DNA from: an uncultured delta proteobacterium
Lineage (GTDB): Bacteria; Myxococcota_A; Polyangia; Palsa-1104
DNA: 64,000 bases
Direction: 5' to 3'
Assembly (NCBI GenBank): GCA_963785725.1
Contig: CAWAWS010000014.1
Location: forward strand, 96,001 to 160,000
Part shown: one piece after another, positions 19,087 to 28,866 of the stretch
Layout: each line of letters starts with the position of its first letter
How positions within the stretch are numbered: the first letter of the stretch is position 1
Program-made: the position numbers and the translations under genes
Notes under the pieces: generated by a model
Databases searched by the model: none
The model's input: only the letters and a program-made list of their open reading frames with translations
What the model was told of the DNA's origin: nothing

Positions 19087-20217
19087 TCAGCGTTCCGGTC
19101 CCCACTTCAGCGTCTCGACGACGAGGTCGGTCAACCCGGTCGTCTGCACCGCGAGGAACATGAGGCAGACGACGGCGGCGGCCAGCGCCAGCGCGCGCCG
19201 CCAGCGCTCGCCGCGGCTCATCGGGCCGCGCTCGAGCCGCGCCGGCAGGCCCGCCGCCGACAGCCAGACGATGAGCCCGCCGCCGACGGCCAAGATCGCC
19301 GTCGCGGCGCCGATGAGCCGATTCTCCGTCAGCGCCGCCAAGACGAACAAGAGCGCCACCGGCGCGTAATAGAGCAGCTCCGTCGGCCACGTCAGCAGTC
19401 GGCGCAGCGGTCGAATCGCCCGCAGCTGGAGCGCGAAGAAGAGCAGCAGATAGATCGTCGCCACCGTGACGCCGGCGCTGCGCGCGATCCACAGCAGCGA
19501 ATCGGCGAGCCCTTCGGCGCCCGACGAGCGCGCCAGCGGATCCGCCGACGCCGACAGCTGGCGATAGAGCGCGCGCGCCGCGAACGGATGGCCGTGGCCG
19601 AGCAGCAGATCGGCGCGCGCCTTCTTGCACCGCGGCGCGAACTCGGTGGCGGCGAAGCGCGTCTCGCAGGCGACGAAGGCGGCGTTGGCGCGCGGCTCGT
19701 CGTGCGCGTCCAGGTAGGCCTGGCCGAGCCAGAAGAGCGCGCGGTCGGCGAGCGCGAAGTCGGCGTGCGCGGCGAGCAGTCGCTCCATGCGCGCCCGGGC
19801 GTCGGCGTTGGCGTGCGCGCCGGCGCTGCCGATGATCGCGTCGTATTCGCGCAGCGGCGCCTCGCCCGTCGCCAGCGATTGGCCGAGAAAGTCGGCGCGC
19901 GTGCGGGCGCGGCGCGACAAGCGGCTCGTCGGATATTTCGCGGCCACCTCTTCGTACAGCCGTCGCGCCCGCGCCGGATCGCTCAGCCGCTCCTCGGCGA
20001 CGACAGCCGCTTCGAAGAGCGCGTCGGCCGCGAACGAATCGGCCGGCAGCTCATGCCCGAGCCGCTCGAGCGCGGCCGCGGCGCCGGCGTAATCGCCGCG
20101 CGCTTCCGACGCCGTCGCCGCCGCGAACTGCTGCTGCCCGCTGTCGGCGAGCGCGATCGCGCCCGATCCGCCGATGACGGCAGCGGCGACGGCAGCAGCG
20201 ACGACGGCGGCGCGCAT
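19087..20217 (-). CDS. TPR-containing exported protein with C-terminal membrane domain
   Basis: Signal peptide, BamD/YbgF-like TPR repeats (ADALFEAA, DRALFWLGQAY), about 4 C-terminal TMs. Confidence 0.7.
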   Translation of the reverse strand: MRAAVVAAAVAAAVIGGSGAIALADSGQQQFAAATASEARGDYAGAAAALERLGHELPADSFAADALFEAAVVAEERLSDPARARRLYEEVAAKYPTSRLSRRARTRADFLGQSLATGEAPLREYDAIIGSAGAHANADARARMERLLAAHADFALADRALFWLGQAYLDAHDEPRANAAFVACETRFAATEFAPRCKKARADLLLGHGHPFAARALYRQLSASADPLARSSGAEGLADSLLWIARSAGVTVATIYLLLFFALQLRAIRPLRRLLTWPTELLYYAPVALLFVLAALTENRLIGAATAILAVGGGLIVWLSAAGLPARLERGPMSRGERWRRALALAAAVVCLMFLAVQTTGLTDLVVETLKWGPER

Positions 20218-20229
20218 GCCGCGAGGATA

Positions 20230-20772
20230 CTACGCGACCGCGGCGCGCGCCGCGGCGTCGAGCGCGGCGAGCGTCGGATGGTCGCCGCCCGAGGTCGACA
20301 CGTAGCGCCAGACTTCGCTGCCGTCGCGCCGAATGGCCGCCGCGCCGCCGAGCTGCCACGGATCGCCCATCAGCTTGCCTTGCCGATGCTTGAGCGCGAT
20401 CTTGAGCCCGCGCAGCCACGTCGCCGGCTTCAGCATCGTGTCGACGAGCGAGCGGTGAAAGCCCATCGCCCGATAGGTCACGCGCCGCTGATCGGACAAG
20501 ATCGGCAGATCACCCGTCTGCAGGAGCTCGGCGAAATGGTGCGCCTCTTCGGGCGTGCCGTTGCCGATGACATACGGCGAAACGCCTAGCGCGCGTATCG
20601 CTTCGACGTGGGGCCGAAACTCGGCCACCTGCTGCCGGCAGAACATTCAGCCAAAATGGCGCACCCACAAGATCAGCGCCGGCCGTTCTTTCCACAGCTC
20701 GCGCGCCGAGAAGCCGTGGCCGCGATCGTCGCGCAGTTCGGCGCCGGCGAGCTCGTCAGGGACGCGCGTCAT
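20230..20772 (-). CDS. Peroxiredoxin-like (AhpC/TSA_2 type) selenoprotein with UxxC motif
   Basis: ATG 20772 overlaps astA stop; MTRVPDELAGAELRDDRG...LWVRHFG-TGA-MFCRQQ...ILSDQRRVTYRAMG...GDPWQLGG...DHP; TGA (20647-20649) sits at the first Cys of the family CxxC. Confidence 0.85.
20608..20628 (-). other. Putative bacterial SECIS hairpin
   Basis: GTGGCCGA-GTT-TCGGCCCCAC starts 18 nt after the UGA; GGCCGA/TCGGCC stem, G first in loop. Confidence 0.65.
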
Positions 20773-21803
20773 GTCACGAACGGTAACACGCCGACGCTGT
20801 CGCCGGGCTGCACGCCGAGCTGCCGCATCGTCGCTTCGGGCAGGCCGACGTCGCCGCCTTCGAGCCGAAACTGCGAGCCGGCGGCGGCGAAGTGGGGCGC
20901 GCGGTCGCGCTCGACCGACACCAGGCCCGTCGGCGCGGCGTCAGCCTCGAGCACGTCCGCGAGCGCCACGACGCGCGCCATCTGCGACGCCTGCACCAGC
21001 GTGATGTTGTCGGTCTTGGCGATGAAGTGCGGCCCGCCGTCGAACGGATCGATGCGATTGGCGTACTCGAAGCCGATGCGCCGCAGCATCTTCTCGACGC
21101 CTTTGGTCTCGGGTCCGACTTGGCCGACGAGCCCTTGCACCGAGAACGGCAACAGCGAGATGTAGATCGAATCGGCGGGAAACAAGGAGCGAATGAACTC
21201 TTTGTTCGACTGCGACAGCCGATCCGCCTCTTGGTAGCTCATGCCCGTGAAGTGGCGGCCGAGCACTTCCCACAAGGGCGACGTCCCGTCCTTTTCGAGC
21301 GGCGGCAAGAGCTCCGACAACACCTCGTCGCGGAACTTGGTGCGGTGCAGCCCGATATACAAAAAGCGGACATACGACAGCCACTTGCCGAGCGCGACCG
21401 GATTGCGGCGATAGCTCGGATGGAGCACGAGCCCGCCGATCTCCGTCGGGCCGTTGTAGTTGTAGCCGATGCGCAGGACCTTGTGGATGAAGTGCTTGTC
21501 GAGCGACTCCGAGTAGCGCTCGTCCTGCATGACGTCGTAGAAGATGTGCGGCGCGCGGCGCGTCCCGTGCTGCGCGTGGATCATCGACGTGCCGATGATG
21601 CGCTTCTCGGTCTCGTCGATGAGCACGAACAGGTACTCGCGCTTGAAGACGTCGAGCTGGCCGTTGAACGACTTGCGGCTGTGCTCGATCAGCTCCTCGA
21701 GCACGTCGCGGTCATTGGGCAGATTGACCGTGTTGAGGTGCGCCGCGACGGCGTGCAGCCCCTCCAAGTCGTCGGGGAAGACCTCGCGAATGGTAAAAGG
21801 CAT
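20769..21803 (-). CDS. astA: Arginine N-succinyltransferase
   Basis: NLPND, YLFVL, IIGTS, GPTEIGGLVLHP, LSYVRFL, SPLWEVLGRHF, DPFDGGP. Confidence 0.88.
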   Translation of the reverse strand: MPFTIREVFPDDLEGLHAVAAHLNTVNLPNDRDVLEELIEHSRKSFNGQLDVFKREYLFVLIDETEKRIIGTSMIHAQHGTRRAPHIFYDVMQDERYSESLDKHFIHKVLRIGYNYNGPTEIGGLVLHPSYRRNPVALGKWLSYVRFLYIGLHRTKFRDEVLSELLPPLEKDGTSPLWEVLGRHFTGMSYQEADRLSQSNKEFIRSLFPADSIYISLLPFSVQGLVGQVGPETKGVEKMLRRIGFEYANRIDPFDGGPHFIAKTDNITLVQASQMARVVALADVLEADAAPTGLVSVERDRAPHFAAAGSQFRLEGGDVGLPEATMRQLGVQPGDSVGVLPFVT

Positions 21804-21827
21804 GCTCTTCTCGACGGAGAACGCAGC

Positions 21828-22757
21828 CTACACCTGGCCTGCGGGCCAGGCAAGCGGAGCGCCGCCGTCGCTCGGCCACAGCGGAACCGGCGTCGCCGCC
21901 GGCAAATTCACGAGGTCGACGAGGAAGCGGCCGAGCGAATCGAGCAGCGGCGGCATCAGGTGACGCGGCTGCAACAGATAGCTGTAGTTGATGATCTTGA
22001 TCGGCGGTCGTCCCGCCGTCGTGCGCCGCGCGTTCTCTTGGTCGATCCAGTCGAGGATGTGCGGCAGCGCGATGACCGTCGCCCCTTGAATGTCGTGAAA
22101 GAGCACGATCGCGCGCCCCTTCAGCGTCAGCAAATGCTTCTCGACGTAGGCTTCGATCTTGGGCGCATTCTTCACTCGCCAATCTTGCGGATCGATGTCC
22201 CAGCCGATCGGCTTGATGCCGAGCCCGTCGGTGACCGCCTTGAGCTGCGGGCAATGCGCGCCGTACGGCGTACGAAACAGCTCCGGCCGCTGCCCGGTCG
22301 CGTCCTCGATCAGCTTGGCGTTGCCTTCGATCTCTTGCCACGCCTGCTTGATGTAGAAGTGGCCGCACAAAAAGTAATGATGAATCGTATGGTTACCGAC
22401 TGCGTGGCCGCGCTTCATCTCTTCGCGCAGGAGCGCCTTCGACTTCTCCGCGGCCGCCGAATTGCCCTGCAAGTGCGAGCCGAGCACGAAGAAGATCGCC
22501 TTGATGTTGTGCTTGTCGAGCGTGTCGAGCACCGTCGGCGTCTTGTCGATCGCCGGCCCGTCGTCGAAGGTCAGTAGGATCTCGGGCGACGTCTCGGGCG
22601 CTTTCGGCTTGGGCGCGGGCGCTTCGGCCGCTTGCGTTGGCGCGGCGACAGGTTTGGCGGCGCTCGCGACCTTCGTGTGCGCCGGTTTACGCGCGTGCGC
22701 CGTCGCTGCAGCGACGAAAACGAGCACAAAGCTGAGTCTGAGAACGAACGCGCGCAC
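21828..22757 (-). CDS. Polysaccharide deacetylase (NodB / CE4)
   Basis: Signal peptide; LTFDDGP, GNHTIHH, FRTPYG, DPQDW, VLFHD. Confidence 0.92.
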   Translation of the reverse strand: MRAFVLRLSFVLVFVAAATAHARKPAHTKVASAAKPVAAPTQAAEAPAPKPKAPETSPEILLTFDDGPAIDKTPTVLDTLDKHNIKAIFFVLGSHLQGNSAAAEKSKALLREEMKRGHAVGNHTIHHYFLCGHFYIKQAWQEIEGNAKLIEDATGQRPELFRTPYGAHCPQLKAVTDGLGIKPIGWDIDPQDWRVKNAPKIEAYVEKHLLTLKGRAIVLFHDIQGATVIALPHILDWIDQENARRTTAGRPPIKIINYSYLLQPRHLMPPLLDSLGRFLVDLVNLPAATPVPLWPSDGGAPLAWPAGQV

Positions 22758-22824
22758 GAAGGTTCAAGCTACCACTCGAACGCTATGTGGCAACTTCGAG
22801 AATCGTTTTGTGCGCGACGACCGG

Positions 22825-23333
22825 CTAGAACGGAATGTCGTCGTCGCCGCCCGACGGGAACGAATCGCCGCCCGACGGCTCGCCGCCACCGCCGCCGCCG
22901 CGCGGAGCGCCGCCGCGCGAGCCGCCGCCGAAGCTGCGACCGCCACCGCCGCCGCCGCCGGTCCACCACCTTCACCGCCGGGGCCGCCGCCAGGTCCGCC
23001 GCCGCCGAGGAACTGGATCGTGTTGGCGACGATCTCGGTCATGTATTTCTTTTCGCCCGTGTTCTTGTCGTCCCACGAGCGCGTCTGCAAGCGCCCTTCG
23101 ACGTAGACCGAGCGGCCTTTGTCGAGGTATTGCGCGCAGTTCTCACCGGTCTTGCCCCAAGCGATCACCTTGTGCCACTCGGTGCGCTCCTGCTTCTGCT
23201 GCTGCTTGTCGGTGAAGGTCTCGTTGGTGGCGATTCGCAGCTCGCACACCGCCTGCCCCGACGGCAGATACTTGAGCTCGGGCTTGGCTCCGAGGTTGCC
23301 GATGATGATCACCTTGTTCACGCTGGCGGCCAT
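22825..23333 (-). CDS. ssb: Single-stranded DNA-binding protein (one frameshift near 22960 in the Gly-rich tail)
   Basis: [12 protein letters not shown]...ERTEWH...[12 protein letters not shown]; acidic tail [11 protein letters not shown] lies in another frame ending at 22825. Confidence 0.93.
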
Positions 23334-23426
23334 GCTGGCAACATGCTCCCACCGCCCCATCCGGTCAAGTGTTCAGTGTAATCAAAAGGGCGGCGACGCG
23401 CGACGTCGTCTGCTACGGTCGCTGCC

Positions 23427-24219
23427 ATGTTCCGAGGCCTCCGCATCGCGGTCGTGATCCCGGCGTTCAACGAGGAATTGAAGGTGGCGCGAACGGTTCG
23501 TGACGTGCCGGCGTTCGCCGATCACATCTTGGTCGTCGACGACGCGTCGCGCGACCGCACGTTCGTCGAGGCGGCGCGCGCGCACCGACGCGGGCTCGAG
23601 GTCTTGCGCCATCCGCGCAATCGCGGCGTCGGCGCGGCCATCGCCACCGGCTATCGGCGCGCGCTACAGCTCGGCGTCGACGCCGCGGTCGTCATGGCCG
23701 GCGACGGGCAGATGGCGCCGGCCGACCTGCCGGCGCTTGCTCGCGCCCATCGTCGACGGCAGCGCCGACTACGTCAAAGGCAACCGCTTCGCGCGCGGCG
23801 ACGTCTGGCGCGTCATGCCGCCGGCGCGCTTGGTCGGCAACATCGCGCTCTCGCTCGTCACCAAAGTCACGAGCGGCTATTGGCAGCTCTTCGATTCGCA
23901 GTGCGGCTACACCGTCGCGTCGGCGCGCGCGCTCGGCGTCATCGACGCCGCCGGCCTCTTTCCGCGCTACGGCTATCCCAACGATCTCTTGGCGCGGCTG
24001 CACGCGGCCAAGCTGCGCGTGCGCGACGTGCCGGTGCGCGCGGTCTATGGCGACGGTTGGCGCTCGGGGATTCGGCTGTCGACGGTCGTCTATCCGATGT
24101 CGTACGTGCTCGTGCGCTCGTGGCTGCGGCGTTTGTTGACCGACCAGCCGCAGCCGGCGACGACGACGACGACCGCCGCGACGCCGGCCGCCGCCGATTC
24201 GTGCGCCTCGGCGTCCTGA
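23427..24219 (+). CDS. Glycosyltransferase family 2 (frameshift near 23737)
   Basis: VVIPAFNEE, VVDDASRD, NRGVG, GDGQ; continues in the next frame as DYVKGNRF...DSQCGY. Confidence 0.85.
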
Positions 24220-25283
24220 CGACGTCGTATCCGCGCCACGACGGCGACGCGGCAGGCGCGTTCGTCGCCGGCTTTTGCCGCTGGCTGGCCGCGCGCGTCG
24301 GCGACGTCGACGTCCTGTGCGCCGACGGTGCGCGCGCGCTCTTCGCCGACGGCGGCGCGCCGGCCGGCCTCGAGCGCGGTCGTTGGGGCGAGGCGTTGAC
24401 GTTCTCGGCGCGCCTGGGGCTCGAATGCTTACGGCGCGTAGGTGAATGGGACGCCGTCGTGTCGCACTGGCTCGTCCCGTCGGCGGCCATCGCCGACGTC
24501 TGCGTGCGGCAGCGACGGCATGTGGCGATCGCGCACGGCTCCGACGTGCGGCTCTTGCGCCGGCTGCCGGGCGGCGCGCGGCTGGTCCGTCGCATCGCGC
24601 GGCGCGCCGATCTCGTCTACGTCGCCGACGCGCTGCGCGTGCCCGGCGCGCCCGGCCGCGTCGTGCCGATGGGCCTCGACGTCGCGCCGATCGTCGCCGC
24701 CACCGACGCGATCGCGCGGGCACGCGCTCGTCGGGCGCTGGCCGTCGAAGATGAATTCGTCGTCGCGTTCTTGGGTCGCCTCGTCGCCGTCAAAGGGTGC
24801 GATCTGCTGATCGATGCGCTGCCCGCGGGCGCGACGTTGCTCGTCGCCGGCGCTGGCCCCGAGCGCGCAGCGCTGCAGGCGCGCGCGGCCGGTCGGCGCG
24901 CCATTCGCTTCCTCGGTCACGTCGCGGGCGCGGCCAAGCTGCAGCTGCTCGCCGCCGCCGACGTGCTCGCCATTCCCTCGCGCGACGACGGCGCACCGAC
25001 GGTGGCGTTGGAGGCGCTCGCCGCCGGCCTGCCCATCGTCGCCACGCGCGCCGGCGGCCTGCCGGAGCTGCTCGACGCGCGCACGACCCGCTTCGCCGAC
25101 GCCACCGCGTCCGCGCTCGCCGCCGCGCTGACCGGGCTTCGCGATGACGCGCCATTGCGTGCGCGACTGGCGGTTGCGGCGCGCGCACTCGCTTCCACGC
25201 ACGATTGGGCACACGTCGGTCCGGCGTTATGGGGCGATACGGGAGCGGAAGTAGGCGGTTGCGTCCGTGTTTTCCCTGTGTGA
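24201..25283 (+). CDS. Glycosyltransferase family 4
   Basis: GTG 24201 MRLGVLTTSYPR, AHGSD, FLGRLVAVKG, ALEALAAGLPIVATRAGG. Confidence 0.85.
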   Translation: MRLGVLTTSYPRHDGDAAGAFVAGFCRWLAARVGDVDVLCADGARALFADGGAPAGLERGRWGEALTFSARLGLECLRRVGEWDAVVSHWLVPSAAIADVCVRQRRHVAIAHGSDVRLLRRLPGGARLVRRIARRADLVYVADALRVPGAPGRVVPMGLDVAPIVAATDAIARARARRALAVEDEFVVAFLGRLVAVKGCDLLIDALPAGATLLVAGAGPERAALQARAAGRRAIRFLGHVAGAAKLQLLAAADVLAIPSRDDGAPTVALEALAAGLPIVATRAGGLPELLDARTTRFADATASALAAALTGLRDDAPLRARLAVAARALASTHDWAHVGPALWGDTGAEVGGCVRVFPV

Positions 25284-25297
25284 ATAATTTTACAGGG

Positions 25298-25867
25298 ATG
25301 ACGACCTCGACAGACTGTGACGTCACCTTCGTCGTGCGCGCCTTGGACGACGAGGAGCGCGTGGGGCACTGTCTTCGCCGCATCGCCGCCTATTTGTCTG
25401 CGCACGAGCTGCGCGCCGAGATCCTCGTCGCCGACGAAGGCTCGGGCGACAACACGGTCGCGGTCGCGATCTTGTTGCGCCGGCAAATCGGCGAGATCGT
25501 TGTCGTTCACTCGACGCCGGGCAACGGCTTGCACGACGCCTGTCAGCGCGCCCGCGGCCGCATCGTCATCTGCGCCGACGCCCGCATCGACGCGCCGTTG
25601 GCGGCGCTCGGTTACGCGCTCGGCCGCTTGCGCGACGGTCGTGATGTCGTCGCGCTCGGCGGGCGTTATCTCGTGTTCCGGCGCACGTTGGCGTGGCGCG
25701 CGTTGCCGGCGTTGATCGGCCGGCGCGACTTCGTGGCGGTCGAGCGCCGTTTCGTCCGCCGGGCGCGTTCGCTCGGGCTCGCCTGTGCCGTGACCAAGCG
25801 CCCGGTGGCTCGACGCAGCTGGCGTCGCCTCTTCGCCGCGTTTCTGCCGCAAACGACGAACCTTTAG
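25298..25867 (+). CDS. Short, degenerate GT2-like protein
   Basis: VTFVVRALDDEE...EILVADEGSGDNT...ARGRIVICADA: GT-A fold N-terminus with substituted motifs. Confidence 0.6.
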   Translation: MTTSTDCDVTFVVRALDDEERVGHCLRRIAAYLSAHELRAEILVADEGSGDNTVAVAILLRRQIGEIVVVHSTPGNGLHDACQRARGRIVICADARIDAPLAALGYALGRLRDGRDVVALGGRYLVFRRTLAWRALPALIGRRDFVAVERRFVRRARSLGLACAVTKRPVARRSWRRLFAAFLPQTTNL

Positions 25868-25929
25868 TCCGCCTGAGTCTTGCGGGCGGTTGGCTAGCAC
25901 GCGACCTCGGGCGATGCTAAATTGGGCGG

Positions 25930-27006
25930 ATGAACCTGCTCGCGACGCCGGGAACGATCCTGCTCGCCATCCTGGCGTTAGGGGTGCTCATCATTGTCCA
26001 CGAAGGCGGCCACTTTCTCGTGGCGCGGCTGTCGGGGATGCGGGTGGACCGCTTCTCGATCGGCTTCGGGCCGGTGCTGTGGAGCGTCAAGCGCGGCGAG
26101 ACGATCTACCAATTCGCCGCCGTTCCGCTCGGTGGGTACGTACAGATTGCCGGGCTGAACCCGGGCGAAGAGGGCATGACGGCGGACGATCCGCGCGCCT
26201 ATCCCAATCGCCCGGTGTGGCAGCGGCTGGCGACGATCTTCGCCGGGCCGGGCACGAACTATCTGTTCGCGGTGTTGCTGCTCCTCGGCATGTTCTTCGC
26301 GTGGGGCGTTCCCGGGCCGGGCAAGTCGCCGGTGGTGGGCGAGCTCGTCGAAGGTAAGCCGGCGGCGGCCGCGGGTTTCCAGCCGGAGGACGAGATTGTC
26401 GCGGTGTCCGGGACGGCGGTCAAAGACGTGGCCGACGTGCTGCCACTGGTGAACGCGTCGAAGGGGCAGCCGATCAGCGTCGACATTCGCCGCGCGGGCC
26501 AGCCGATGACGTTGAAGGTGACGCCGCAACTCGACGGCGGTGAATATCGCATCGGCGTGCAGCTCGACGTGACGACGATCTGGGAGCAGGTGCCGGCCGG
26601 TCAGCGCGTCGAACGGGCGCTCGTGTATCCCATCGAATATTCGCGCTTCGTCCTGCACACCATGGCCGAGGGCGGCATCAAGAACATCGTCAAGCATGGC
26701 TCGGGTCCGGTCGGCATCGTCAAAGAGATGCGCAAGCGGATCGAGAACGGGCCGCGCCAGGCGTTCATGGTCATCGCGCTCATCAGCATCTATCTCGGCC
26801 TGTTCAACCTGTTGCCGCTGCCGGGGCTCGATGGCGGGCGCTTGGCGTTTCTGGCGTGGGAAGCGATCTCGCGGCGGCGTGTGAATCAGCGCATCGAAGC
26901 GACGATTCACATGGTCGGCGTGCTCTCGTTCTTGACGCTCATCGTCTTCATCACCTTCAAGAACGACCTGCACTTCGGCAAGATCCTCAGCTTGTTTCAT
27001 CGGTAA
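25930..27006 (+). CDS. rseP: RIP zinc metalloprotease RseP (M50, PDZ)
   Basis: HEGGH, FSIGFGP, PLGGYV, AGP, PDZ, NLLPLPGLDGG. Confidence 0.93.
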   Translation: MNLLATPGTILLAILALGVLIIVHEGGHFLVARLSGMRVDRFSIGFGPVLWSVKRGETIYQFAAVPLGGYVQIAGLNPGEEGMTADDPRAYPNRPVWQRLATIFAGPGTNYLFAVLLLLGMFFAWGVPGPGKSPVVGELVEGKPAAAAGFQPEDEIVAVSGTAVKDVADVLPLVNASKGQPISVDIRRAGQPMTLKVTPQLDGGEYRIGVQLDVTTIWEQVPAGQRVERALVYPIEYSRFVLHTMAEGGIKNIVKHGSGPVGIVKEMRKRIENGPRQAFMVIALISIYLGLFNLLPLPGLDGGRLAFLAWEAISRRRVNQRIEATIHMVGVLSFLTLIVFITFKNDLHFGKILSLFHR

Positions 27007-27683
27007 TGCGCAAACGTCCGGGACCGGTCGGTCGTCGCGCGCGGCGCCCGTCAGAGCTTCCGGGCGACACCAAAGAGCAGATTCTCGCCGTCGCCGAGGA
27101 GCTCTTCGCGCAGAAGGGGTTCGCGGGCGTGCGCACGCACGAGATCGCCGAGCGCGCGGGCGTCAACAAGGCGATGATTTACTATTGGTTTCAGTCGAAA
27201 GAGCAGCTCTTGCGCGCGGTCTTGCAGAAGATCTTGTTCGAGCTCATCGCGCTGTCGCAGGAGATTTTGGCGCGGAAGCTGCCGCCGCCGCAGGTGCTCG
27301 AGGAGTTTTATCGCGGCTTCTTTTATTACGTCGCGCGCCATCGCAATTTCTCGCGGCTGACGACGATGGATCTCGGCTCCGAAGGCGGCTATTTGCGCAC
27401 GATGTTCGAGAGCTTCTTTCGCCCGCTGTTCGATCGCGGCGTGAAGTTCATCGACACGGCCGTGGCGCGCGGCGAGCTCAAGGCCGTCAATGCGCGGCAG
27501 CTCCTGATTACGATCTACGGCATGACGATCGCCTATTTCGCGGACGCGAATCAGGTGGCGCTGTTGTACGGCGTCGAGGATGCGCTCGACGAGAAGCTGC
27601 TCGCCGAGCGGCTGCAGGCGAACCTCGATTTCATCTTCGCGGCGGTCGGCGGCAAGCGGACGCCGGCGCGGTCGGCGTCGTGA
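27006..27683 (+). CDS. TetR/AcrR family transcriptional regulator
   Basis: ATG overlaps rseP stop; ILAVAEELFAQKGFAG...EIAERAGVNKAMIYYWFQSKEQL. Confidence 0.92.
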   Translation: MRKRPGPVGRRARRPSELPGDTKEQILAVAEELFAQKGFAGVRTHEIAERAGVNKAMIYYWFQSKEQLLRAVLQKILFELIALSQEILARKLPPPQVLEEFYRGFFYYVARHRNFSRLTTMDLGSEGGYLRTMFESFFRPLFDRGVKFIDTAVARGELKAVNARQLLITIYGMTIAYFADANQVALLYGVEDALDEKLLAERLQANLDFIFAAVGGKRTPARSAS

Positions 27684-27969
27684 TGACGCGCAACCCGTGC
27701 TCGTTGCAGGCGCTGCATGTGGGGGCGCACGTCGGCGCTGCGAGACCAAGCCCGCTATAAACCAATCACGCTGTTGCGCGATCCACCCCTGGCCGGCCCG
27801 ACGGAGCTCCAGCGCCCGCGGGCACAGCCCGCCCGGGCGCTTCCGCCGCACGCCGCAACCACGAGCTGACCGCCCGGCGCCGCTAAGCCGCGGTCGACCA
27901 ACCGACCGGCGCCGCTAAGCGTCGGGCCGACCGGCGCCGCGCCGCCGCCGCCGCCGCCGCCGCGCGCCC

Positions 27970-28866
27970 CTACGGATCATCCGTCGGCGTCGGCGCCGCC
28001 CGTCCGGCCGGGCGCGACGCCGCCAGCCACGCCCCCCAGCCGACGCCGGCGATGGTCACGACCGCGCCCACGATCGCCGTCGGCCCCGACCGCTCGCCGT
28101 ACAACAGCCGGCCCAGCAGCAAGGTCGCGACCGGCGTCAGCTGAAACAGCACGCCCGCCGCCGCCGCCGGCAGATCGCGCAAGGCCTGCGTCATCATCAG
28201 CTGCGCCGCCACCGCCGTCACGCCCATCGCCACGAGCAGCGGCCAGTCGCGCGCCGCCGGCGTCACCCACTGTCGCGCCGTCGGAATCCCGGTAAACAGC
28301 GCGCCGAGCAGACAGAAGGCGCAAAAGATCTCCCACGCGCCGTCGGTCTTGCGCACCTGCCGAATCGTCGCCACCGCCGCGCCCGACAGCACCGACGACA
28401 GGATTCCGACGAGCGGCCAGCCGCCGAGCACGGTCGCGCCCGGCGGCGCGCGGCCGACGATGACGAGCGCCACGCCCGCCGTCGTCACGACGAGCGCCAC
28501 GAACGTGCCGGGCCCGATCGCTTCGCCGAGGAACAGCCAGGCAAAGAGCGCGGTAAACACCGGCGCCGTGTAGTTCAAGAGCGTCGCCAACCCGACGTCG
28601 AGGTGCTCGATCGCCAAGAAGTAGCAGAGCACGGCCGTGCCGCCGAAGAGGCCGCGCAGGAAAAGGCCGCGCCAGTTGTGCGGTCGCAGCCTGAGGCGCG
28701 TCGCCGCCAACGCCACCGCCACCAAGCCGCAGATGAAGCGCACGAACGCCACTTCCGGCCCGGGAATCCGCGACGCCGACGCCTTGGCCAAGAGCGCCAT
28801 GACGCTGAACAGCAGCGCCGCCGCGGTCATGAGCGCCGTGGCGACGGCGGCCGGCCGGCGATTCAT
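27970..28866 (-). CDS. DMT / EamA family transporter
   Basis: About 10 TMs; ATLLNYTAPVFTALFAWLFLGE signature. Confidence 0.88.
   Translation of the reverse strand: MNRRPAAVATALMTAAALLFSVMALLAKASASRIPGPEVAFVRFICGLVAVALAATRLRLRPHNWRGLFLRGLFGGTAVLCYFLAIEHLDVGLATLLNYTAPVFTALFAWLFLGEAIGPGTFVALVVTTAGVALVIVGRAPPGATVLGGWPLVGILSSVLSGAAVATIRQVRKTDGAWEIFCAFCLLGALFTGIPTARQWVTPAARDWPLLVAMGVTAVAAQLMMTQALRDLPAAAAGVLFQLTPVATLLLGRLLYGERSGPTAIVGAVVTIAGVGWGAWLAASRPAGRAAPTPTDDP

Noticed and set aside
23427..25283. 618-aa GT2-GT4 fusion shown in the ORF track
   Set aside because: Artefact of the frameshift near 23737; the middle is off-frame Arg-rich text and the real GT2 C-terminus is in another frame
27684..27969. 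ncRNA or repeat family between tetR and the DMT gene
   Set aside because: Only two short CCGGCGCCGCTAAGC copies and GCC runs; too weak to call
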